Shown: positions 52,052-60,227 of the stretch, in pieces
How the letters are laid out: each line of letters opens with the position of its first letter
How positions within the stretch are numbered: the first letter of the stretch is position 1
Source: Alphaproteobacteria bacterium
GTDB taxonomy: Bacteria; Pseudomonadota; Alphaproteobacteria; UBA6615
Length of the DNA: 64,000 nucleotides
Assembly: GCA_965205535.1 (NCBI GenBank)
Contig: CBDBHH010000005.1
Location: forward strand, 88,151 to 152,150
Direction: 5' to 3'
Notes under the pieces: generated by a model
Seen by the model: the letters and a program-made list of their open reading frames with translations, nothing else
The model's database searches: none
What the model was told of the DNA's origin: nothing
Program-made: the position numbers and the translations under genes

Positions 52052-52670
52052 GGCCCGGACACCCGATCTGCAATCAGATCCACAAACGTCGGTTTGATCT
52101 CGGCCCCCACCCACCGGCAACCAAATTCCTGCGCAGCTATCAGGCTCGTTCCGCTCCCGGCATAGGGGTCGAGCACAACCCCGCCCTCTCGACTTGTCAT
52201 GGCTACGCACTGGCGAGCCAGCGTTAGGGGCATCATTGCCGGGTGATCGTCGGCCACCATTCCTGGCGTTGGAGCGGTTCCGTAGGCAAGTCCCATACCG
52301 TCCTGATCCGCCGCCCGTTCGCGCCACGGATTGCGTCATCGTCGAAGTAATAATCTTGTTCCTTGGTTATAGCAGGAAAACGGTTTCATGCGCCTTGGTC
52401 GGGCGGGCCCTCACCGATTCAGGTTGGGCATTCGTCTTGTGCCAGATCACTTCGCTACGGAGCCACCAACCAGCCTCTTGGAGGGCGAAGGCGAGCCGCC
52501 ACGGAACGCCTATCAGGTCTTTCGGTTTCAACCCCACCGGCGTTGGAGGGCGAACGCCCATGGCCCGGGCCCGATTCTTTTTATCGGGCGCACGATACCG
52601 GCGATTCCCGGACGTGTAAACGTCGCCCACGTTCAGCCAGACCGTGCCATCGGCGCACAGAACTTCCTTG
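52048..52670 (-). pseudogene. M.SmaI/M.Cfr9I-like N4-cytosine methyltransferase, truncated and frameshifted
   Basis: DGTVWLNVGD.YTSGNR...RPPTP.GLKPKDLIGVPWRLAFALQ..GW.LR...QPESV...PT..HE, then HPA.MP and LDPYAGSGTS. Premature stop at 52367; the TSPPY N-terminus is absent. Confidence 0.85.
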
Positions 52671-52723
52671 AACGGAATTTCATAGTAGAATGCCATGGGC
52701 ATTAACTATGAAATTCCGTTTAA
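52668..52723. repeat. Near-perfect ~56-bp palindrome overlapping the start codon of adhesin C
   Basis: AACGGAATTTCATAGT (52671-52686) and ACTATGAAATTCCGTT (52705-52720) form a perfect 16-bp pair; inner pair AATGCC/GGCATT. Confidence 0.9.
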
Positions 52724-55700
52724 CATTCATTGTATGTATCCTGTTCAGCATAGTTGCGACCCATGCAGTCGGTGCGGAGGAAGCCGCGCCCGTCGCCCCG
52801 GTTGTTCCGCAGTATGAAGTACCTGCCGCCCGCACGGCAGCCGCCCAAAGCGCCGGCAATCCCGGCGTCGGGCTAAGCACCACTGGCAAATTTGCGGCGC
52901 TGGAACTGCGTATTATCGACGGCCCGCAATCTCTTCCGGTCTCCGGAATGTTCAATAATCCCGGCGGCGGTTCCTTGATCTACACGGCGGCCTCCTCTGA
53001 GGCGACGGTCGCAACGGTGAGCATTACCGAAAGCATCCTGACCATCACCCCGGTCGCGGCAGGTGCCACCGACATCACCATCACCGCCAGAGATGATGCC
53101 GCCGATTTGGAAGTCGCGCAGACGTTCCGGGTAACCGCCATCAGCCTCATCTCACCCAGTACCAGTATCCCCGATCAACAACTGACAGCCTCTGGCAGGC
53201 CTCGGACCCTTGATCTCAGCGACTACATCAGCGACCCGCAGGGCAACCCCCTGTCCTTCACAGCGTCGTCCAATGATTTGACCGCCGCAACAGTGGGCGT
53301 CGATGGCAACATCCTGACCATCACCCCGCTCGCACCGGGCACCGCCACCATCACCATCACCGTCAGAAATAACCCACTCGATGCGGGGATCACGCTGAAC
53401 TTCCAGGTGCAGGTCATCAACTTCCCCCCGACCAGCCCCGGCAGTTCCGGCATTCCAGATCTACAACTGGTATTTTCTGGCGTTAGTACGCGGCTTGATC
53501 TCAACGACTACTTTAGCGATACGGAGGGCGATACACTACGTTACTCGGATGCGGTTTCCTCTAACCTGGCTGTCGCCACGGTGTTTAAAGGTGATCCTAC
53601 GAACTTCTTGTTTATCACCCCGACCCCGAACGGCCTCCTGGGCACCACCGACATCAGCGTTACCGCCAATGATAGATTTGGCGGGACACTCACACAGGTA
53701 TTCCAGGTGGAAACCACCAACCAGGCCCCAATCAGCTGTTGCACTTCTGCAACGAGTACCACGACCGTCGCTGGAGGGCCTGAGACCATTGATCTCGATG
53801 GCTTCTTCAGCGATCCGGATGCGAGTTCGATTCCCGATCATGCCCTGAGCTACACGGCGGTTTCCGATAATAAAACCGTCGCAACGGTGAGCATTAGCGA
53901 AAGCATCCTGACCATCACCCCGGTCAAAAGAGGTGCCGCCGACATCACCGTCACCGCCAGTGATGGCCTTGAGAATGCCTCGCTGACAGTCCGAGCGTTT
54001 GTTAATCCCAGCGCCCCAACCACCACCGGCATTCCAAATCAAAGACTGTCACTTTCCGGTGCCAGCGGCTCTCTAACCCTCAATCTCAACGACTACTTCA
54101 GCGATCCTGATGGCGACAGCCTAGTATATGAATTCCTAGCAGAACCGCAAGGCACTCGGCGAGCCACGGAAGTAAATCTCAGAGATAACCTGCTGTTTGT
54201 CAGTAAAAGCAGAAGTATAAGAACAACAGGCACCGACGAAATCAAGGTCACCGCCCGCAAAGTAGTAAATGGGAAGACTTTCACTAATCGAGCGTCTTTT
54301 TTTGCTGTCGTCGACCCACAACCACCTCGTCTAAAACCTGGTATGAACATTGGCGGAAGATTCAGCCGTATTTCAGCTCATTCTCCTCAAACATTTAATC
54401 TCGATGACTACTTCGAAGCTTCCGTTCCCCTGAGTTACAGGCCAAGCTCTGCTGATTCAAGCAAAGTAAGGGTGCGCATCGATGGTAGCAGCCTGACCGT
54501 CACCCCCGTCAGATCAGGCGGCGGATCCACCCGCATCACCATCCTCGTCAGTCATGGACTCGGCTCCTCTCTTTTCTATACGTTTGACGTGTCCGTCCCC
54601 AACAATACTCCAACCGCAAGTGAACGGAATACAGTCTTTAGATTTACTGATACAGGTCAGATAGCCTTTGCTGACCATGGCCTTTATTTTACTGACCTTG
54701 ACGACGACCCCCTGAGCTACACCACTCGTAGCAATAACACTAACATAGTCTCTGTCTCCATCTCTCCCGCCACCGGTAATACCCTTTTGCGTGCCAAGGG
54801 TGTCGGCATCGGAAGCATTAGAATTACCGCCAGAGATCCACTCGGCGCATCGGTCACGAGGGACTTCGTTGTGCCTGTCCTCGGCACCGCCCCAAGCGTC
54901 ACCGCCACTATTTTGGGGCCGAACCAGCGTTACCTGTTACAGCGTATCGGTAATAGTACCGACCCTGACAACCAGGTGCGGCTTGATCTCAACGACTACT
55001 TCAGCGATGCCGACGGCGGGCAGCCGATCTACACGGTAGCGCAAAATACTAGTTTCTTTGTGAATTCCAGCCTCTCCGGGAACATCCTGACCATCACGCC
55101 GACAGACAGACCAGGTGACACCACCATCACGGTCACCGCCACTGATCGAATCATAAGCAGCCTCAAGGCCACGCAGACCTTCGCGGTGGCAGTCGTCAAC
55201 GGCAATCCGGTCAGAAACGACACTCCATTTGAACCCGAGGTGACACTTTCTCTCGGGGCCCAGACCCTTAATCTCGACAACTACTTCAGCGACCCTGATG
55301 CCGATTCCATATCCTACGCATTGGAATCTATCGAGTCCGATTATGCAATGGTGCGCACCGACAGAATCGGTAGAGCAGACAATCTAATCATCACCCCCCT
55401 CAAACGAGGAGGGCCTGTGAGCTTCACTATCACCGCCAGTGATCCATTTGGCGGGACGTCCACCCATGAATTCGAGTTCGACGTTGGCAACGCTGCGCCG
55501 GTCAGGATGGGTGGGGTTCCGGCCCTGGTAATGAACCAGGGGGATGGCCCACAGAAACTGGTTAATATCGACAGCAAATTCTTCGATCATGACGGCGATG
55601 ACCTGACCTACACAGCGACCCCATCCGGCGCTGGTGGAGGCAGCGTGGTAACGGTGGACGTCGATGGCGACATCCTGACCATTACTCCGCTTGCGCGAGG

Positions 55701-58700
55701 GAGGGTAGATTTCGACATCGCCGCATCGGATGGTCACCGCACATCGGGTGGCGGCCTCATCTTATCAAGGCCCCACACCTTATCCGTCAACGTCAAAGCA
55801 GCGCCGACCATCGCCGGCACCCCTGCGCTCACGGTGGACGAAAACAGCCCCTATAGCTTCACGCCAAGCGGCGCGGATGCCGATGGCGACCCTCTCACCT
55901 ATTCCATTGTGAACAAACCCTCCTGGGCCGATTTTGATACCGCCACAGGCGCCCTGACCGGCACGCCGCTGCACGAACATGTCGGCATCACAACCGGCAT
56001 CGTGATCAGCGTATCCGAACCCGGCGGGGCGGAGGTGTCCCTGCCAGCCTTTGACATCACCGTGATCGATGTCAATAACGCGCCGGTAGGTCGTCCAGTC
56101 ATCACCGGACTCCTGGCCCCGGGGGCGCTCCTAACGGCGACAACCGATACCATTCGCGATGAAGACGGCCTGGGCACGTTCAGATATCAATGGAACACCA
56201 ACGACGGCGACACAGACACCGCCATCAGCGACGCGGACTCAAACACCTACACCCCCACTGAAACAGACGTTGGCAAGTCAATCACCGTGACCGTCAGCTA
56301 CACCGATGGAGAGGGGACGCCTGAAAACCTGACCAGTGAGGCTGTTGGGCCGATCAGACCCGCGGCAACGGTGGCGATCACCGGCGGCGGCAGCGTGGCC
56401 GAGGGCGACAACGCCACCTTCACGGTGACTTTGTCGGACTCACCGGGCGCGGCAGTGGTGGTGGACTATGCCACCGCAGCGGGCACGGCAACCGCGGGGG
56501 ATGATTTCACGGCGACCAGCGGCACGCTGACCTTTGCGGCCGGCGCGACCGGCGACGATCTGACCCAGACCTTCACCGTGCCGGTGCTCGACGATGCCCA
56601 GGTGGAAGGCGACGAGAGCTTCACCGCAACCCTGAGCGCAAACGCCTCGACCCCGCTGCCGACAGGTGTCCGCCTCGGTACGGCAACGGCAACGGCGACG
56701 ATTGGGGCCGCGGGCACGGCAACGGTGGCGATCACCGGCGGCGGCAGCGTGGCCGAGGGCGACAACGCCACCTTCACGGTGACTTTGTCGGACTCACCGG
56801 GCGCGGCAGTGGTGGTGGACTATGCCACCGCAGCGGGCACGGCAACCGCGGGGGATGATTTCACGGCGACCAGCGGCACGCTGACCTTTGCGGCCGGCGC
56901 GACCGGGGACGATCTGACCCAGACCTTCACCGTGCCGGTGCTCGACGATGCCCAGGTGGAAGGCGACGAGAGCTTCACCGCAACCCTGAGCGCAAACGCC
57001 TCGACCCCGCTGCCGACAGGTGTCCGCCTCGGTACGGCAACGGCAACGGCGACGATTGGGGCCGCGGGCACGGCAACGGTGGCGATCACCGGCGGCGGCA
57101 GCGTGGCCGAGGGCGACAACGCCACCTTCACGGTGACTTTGTCGGACTCACCGGGCGCGGCAGTGGTGGTGGACTATGCCACCGCAGCGGGCACGGCAAC
57201 CGCGGGGGATGATTTCACGGCGACCAGCGGCACGCTGACCTTTGCGGCCGGCGCGACCGGCGACGATCTGACCCAGACCTTCACCGTGCCGGTGCTCGAC
57301 GATGCCCAGGTGGAAGGCGACGAGAGCTTCACCGCAACCCTGAGCGCAAACGCCTCGACCCCGCTGCCGACAGGTGTCCGCCTCGGTACGGCAACGGCAA
57401 CGGCGACGATTGGGGCCGCGGGCACGGCAACGGTGGCGATCACCGGCGGCGGCAGCGTGGCCGAGGGCGACAACGCCACCTTCACGGTGACTTTGTCGGA
57501 CTCACCGGGCGCGGCAGTGGTGGTGGACTATGCCACCGCAGCGGGCACGGCAACCGCGGGGGATGATTTCACGGCGACCAGCGGCACGCTGACCTTTGCG
57601 GCCGGCGCGACCGGCGACGATCTGACCCAGACCTTCACCGTGCCGGTGCTCGACGATGCCCAGGTGGAAGGCGACGAGAGCTTCACCGCAACCCTGAGCG
57701 CAAACGCCTCGACCCCGCTGCCGACAGGTGTCCGCCTCGGTACGGCAACGGCAACGGCGACGATTGGGGCCGCGGGCACGGCAACGGTGGCGATCACCGG
57801 CGGCGGCAGCGTGGCCGAGGGCGACAACGCCACCTTCACGGTGACGTTGTCGGACTCACCGGGCGCGGCAGTGGTGGTGGACTATGCCACCGCAGCGGGC
57901 ACGGCAACCGCGGGGGATGATTTCACGGCGACCAGCGGCACGCTGACCTTTGCGGCCGGCGCGACCGGCGAGGATCTGACCCGGACCTTCACCGTGCCGG
58001 TGCTCGACGATGCCCAGGTGGAAGGCGACGAGAGCTTCACCGCAACCCTGAGCGCCGCCAACCCGCTGCCGGCCGGCGTCCGCCTCGGCGCGGCAACGGC
58101 CCCGGCCACCATCACGGCCAACGGCGCGGCGACGGTGGCTGAAGACCATGATCGGTTCGGCAGAAAAACGCTGGTGACACATCTTGCCGGTGTTCAGAGC
58201 GGTCTGGTGATGAGCACGGTTCAGCACCACCTGAAGGCGCTGGACGGCGGCAACAGGGTGAGTGGCCTGTCCTCACCCCAGGCGGGCAGACAGGGAAACG
58301 GACAGACAGGCGGCTTTTCTGCGAACGGCCGCACGCCCGGTTCCGGCACCGACGATCTGATCATCGGATATTTCAGTATTGACCGTGACCGTTTGGGCGA
58401 TGGCACATCGGTTGGATACAGGAACGCCCGTGAGATGTTTTCAAAGGTGGAATTCCATATCTCCCTGAACAGCCTGATGGCGTCCAATAACAACGGGCCG
58501 AAGACCGGGCTTGCAGGTGATCAAGCTGCTGCAGGCGGAAACCTGGCCAACTCCGGTCCGCGCACCAGCCTGTCTGAACCGGGCACGGTCACGGTGTGGG
58601 GCGGCGCCGGCGAAACACGCCTGGAGAACGATTACAATACCGGGGGTAGCGACAGCCGCTATGACGGCACGGTATGGGTCTATAACACGGGGCTGGATTA

Positions 58701-59646
58701 CCGCACCTCCGAGGTTCTGACTCTGGGCGCGGCCATCGGCTATTCGGACAGCGACCTGGCCACCGCCTATAACGACGGCACCTATGATGAGACGATGCTG
58801 TCGATCATGCCCTATATGCTCTATGAGAGCCCGTCGGGGCTGGATATATCGCTGCTCGGCGGCTACGGGATCGGAGAGGTTGATTTGACGGGCAGGTTTG
58901 GACAGGCGGACACCCCGTTTACGGCGTCGGCCGACACTACCCTGTTATTCGGCGCGGCGCGGGTTTCGGGGACGATGACGTTCCTGGAGAACCAGGCACT
59001 GGAAGTGAGTCCGAATGTGAGTCTGCTCTACAGCCGCAAGACACTGGGTGGGTATACCGACAGCGCCAACCGGACGATTGACGAGACCACGGCAACAGTA
59101 CTTCGCCTGATGCCGAGCCTTGAGGTGGGCTACCGGTTCGACTTCGCGGGCGGAACGGTGACGCCGTTTGCGAGCGGTGGTTTGATCCTTGATTTGCTCG
59201 ATACAGTGAATGACGACGACATGGCCTACAGCTTGGGCGGAGGTATCCGGCTTGAGACCGATGCGGGCCTGAGCGCGTCGCTGGAGGGTCAGCGCGAGCT
59301 GGGCTGGGCTGCCGTTGAACAACAGCGCCTTGTGGGCACGCTGACCTACGGGTTCCCACTGGGCGCGGCGGGGCAGGCGGGCACGCTGACGCCGCGGCTC
59401 GGGTTTGATCATGCATCCGGGGACGAGCTGTCACAGGCATACGGCCTGGAGTACACTTCGAAAAACGGCCTCCACCGGTTCAACCTTAATCATGACAGAT
59501 CGGATGAGGCGGGCGCCCGCTCAGGTTTGGGGTATCAGTACAGCACGGAGATCATGCCGGGTATGAACCTGAAGGCAACCGTGTCGTCCCCGAATGCCGA
59601 AGACCGGGAGGTTGACGTGTTCCTTGGCATGAAACTTCGGTTTTAA
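52708..59646 (+). CDS. Autotransporter-type adhesin C (about 2,310 aa): ten cadherin-like modules, Ig modules, five Calx-beta repeats, beta-barrel
   Basis: Signal peptide MKFRLTFIVCILFSIVATHAVGA; repeated LDL.DYFSDPDGD.L.Y...ILTITP; C-terminus ends MKLRF. Confidence 0.9.
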   Translation: MKFRLTFIVCILFSIVATHAVGAEEAAPVAPVVPQYEVPAARTAAAQSAGNPGVGLSTTGKFAALELRIIDGPQSLPVSGMFNNPGGGSLIYTAASSEATVATVSITESILTITPVAAGATDITITARDDAADLEVAQTFRVTAISLISPSTSIPDQQLTASGRPRTLDLSDYISDPQGNPLSFTASSNDLTAATVGVDGNILTITPLAPGTATITITVRNNPLDAGITLNFQVQVINFPPTSPGSSGIPDLQLVFSGVSTRLDLNDYFSDTEGDTLRYSDAVSSNLAVATVFKGDPTNFLFITPTPNGLLGTTDISVTANDRFGGTLTQVFQVETTNQAPISCCTSATSTTTVAGGPETIDLDGFFSDPDASSIPDHALSYTAVSDNKTVATVSISESILTITPVKRGAADITVTASDGLENASLTVRAFVNPSAPTTTGIPNQRLSLSGASGSLTLNLNDYFSDPDGDSLVYEFLAEPQGTRRATEVNLRDNLLFVSKSRSIRTTGTDEIKVTARKVVNGKTFTNRASFFAVVDPQPPRLKPGMNIGGRFSRISAHSPQTFNLDDYFEASVPLSYRPSSADSSKVRVRIDGSSLTVTPVRSGGGSTRITILVSHGLGSSLFYTFDVSVPNNTPTASERNTVFRFTDTGQIAFADHGLYFTDLDDDPLSYTTRSNNTNIVSVSISPATGNTLLRAKGVGIGSIRITARDPLGASVTRDFVVPVLGTAPSVTATILGPNQRYLLQRIGNSTDPDNQVRLDLNDYFSDADGGQPIYTVAQNTSFFVNSSLSGNILTITPTDRPGDTTITVTATDRIISSLKATQTFAVAVVNGNPVRNDTPFEPEVTLSLGAQTLNLDNYFSDPDADSISYALESIESDYAMVRTDRIGRADNLIITPLKRGGPVSFTITASDPFGGTSTHEFEFDVGNAAPVRMGGVPALVMNQGDGPQKLVNIDSKFFDHDGDDLTYTATPSGAGGGSVVTVDVDGDILTITPLARGRVDFDIAASDGHRTSGGGLILSRPHTLSVNVKAAPTIAGTPALTVDENSPYSFTPSGADADGDPLTYSIVNKPSWADFDTATGALTGTPLHEHVGITTGIVISVSEPGGAEVSLPAFDITVIDVNNAPVGRPVITGLLAPGALLTATTDTIRDEDGLGTFRYQWNTNDGDTDTAISDADSNTYTPTETDVGKSITVTVSYTDGEGTPENLTSEAVGPIRPAATVAITGGGSVAEGDNATFTVTLSDSPGAAVVVDYATAAGTATAGDDFTATSGTLTFAAGATGDDLTQTFTVPVLDDAQVEGDESFTATLSANASTPLPTGVRLGTATATATIGAAGTATVAITGGGSVAEGDNATFTVTLSDSPGAAVVVDYATAAGTATAGDDFTATSGTLTFAAGATGDDLTQTFTVPVLDDAQVEGDESFTATLSANASTPLPTGVRLGTATATATIGAAGTATVAITGGGSVAEGDNATFTVTLSDSPGAAVVVDYATAAGTATAGDDFTATSGTLTFAAGATGDDLTQTFTVPVLDDAQVEGDESFTATLSANASTPLPTGVRLGTATATATIGAAGTATVAITGGGSVAEGDNATFTVTLSDSPGAAVVVDYATAAGTATAGDDFTATSGTLTFAAGATGDDLTQTFTVPVLDDAQVEGDESFTATLSANASTPLPTGVRLGTATATATIGAAGTATVAITGGGSVAEGDNATFTVTLSDSPGAAVVVDYATAAGTATAGDDFTATSGTLTFAAGATGEDLTRTFTVPVLDDAQVEGDESFTATLSAANPLPAGVRLGAATAPATITANGAATVAEDHDRFGRKTLVTHLAGVQSGLVMSTVQHHLKALDGGNRVSGLSSPQAGRQGNGQTGGFSANGRTPGSGTDDLIIGYFSIDRDRLGDGTSVGYRNAREMFSKVEFHISLNSLMASNNNGPKTGLAGDQAAAGGNLANSGPRTSLSEPGTVTVWGGAGETRLENDYNTGGSDSRYDGTVWVYNTGLDYRTSEVLTLGAAIGYSDSDLATAYNDGTYDETMLSIMPYMLYESPSGLDISLLGGYGIGEVDLTGRFGQADTPFTASADTTLLFGAARVSGTMTFLENQALEVSPNVSLLYSRKTLGGYTDSANRTIDETTATVLRLMPSLEVGYRFDFAGGTVTPFASGGLILDLLDTVNDDDMAYSLGGGIRLETDAGLSASLEGQRELGWAAVEQQRLVGTLTYGFPLGAAGQAGTLTPRLGFDHASGDELSQAYGLEYTSKNGLHRFNLNHDRSDEAGARSGLGYQYSTEIMPGMNLKATVSSPNAEDREVDVFLGMKLRF
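56368..58130 (+). repeat. Five Calx-beta repeats (354 bp, 118 aa), four almost identical
   Basis: Units start at 56368, 56722, 57076, 57430 and 57784. Confidence 0.92.
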
Positions 59647-59782
59647 GGCCGCGCTTTGGTAGCGGTGATTGGGCTTGCGGATTCAACTGTGATCCGTGAG
59701 TTCATCCCTGTTTCTGTCCAAATCTTCCTCAGGCCGGACCCAGAAGAACCCTGTGTTTTTAGAAATGGTGAACGACTTCTTG

Positions 59783-59970
59783 TCAGATGGCCTTGAAATC
59801 CACCTTGCCGGTTCGGGCCTCGGCCATCAGGTTCTGCAGCGCCTCGCGGCCGTCCAAACGCAAGCCGGACCGACCAGAGTCCCCGGACACGCGCACGATT
59901 TGCAGGCCCCGGGCAGTGGCGTAGTTCCGAATGACATTGAGCTGGTTCTCGGGCACGTATGGTCCGAGCG
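59783..59970 (-). pseudogene. N-terminal fragment of a large serine recombinase
   Basis: Manual translation PENQLNVIRNYATARGLQIVRVSGDSGRSGLRLDGREALQNLMAEARTGKVDFKAI*, the typical S.ENQ...D.G.SG...R..L catalytic-domain pattern. Confidence 0.7.
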
Positions 59971-60227
59971 GGGCGCACCTGATTGCCCTGGCGCGAAGCT
60001 CCGACGAGGTGCTGGGTACATTCCTGGCGATGGGCAGCGAGAGTGGGTTGGGCCGGTTGGACGCTCAAGACAGGAGTTCCTGCGGAATCGGCTTCCTGAT
60101 TCAGGGTGAGTATATCGATTAACATATTGATATCAAATCACTACCCCCCCCCCCGCAAATACCTCTTGATTAACCTATCGAATTTGGTATTTTCCCTGAA
60201 AAGGTACACCATGGAAAAGGAACGTTC

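Noticed and set aside
37020-58130. Regular long repeats considered as a CRISPR array or DGR template/variable pair
   Set aside because: Units are 348-354 bp in-frame protein domains without spacers; no cas genes or reverse transcriptase in the window.
59643-60125. ORFs 59643..60125 and 59696..60109
   Set aside because: Off-frame or antisense readings over a serine-recombinase remnant.
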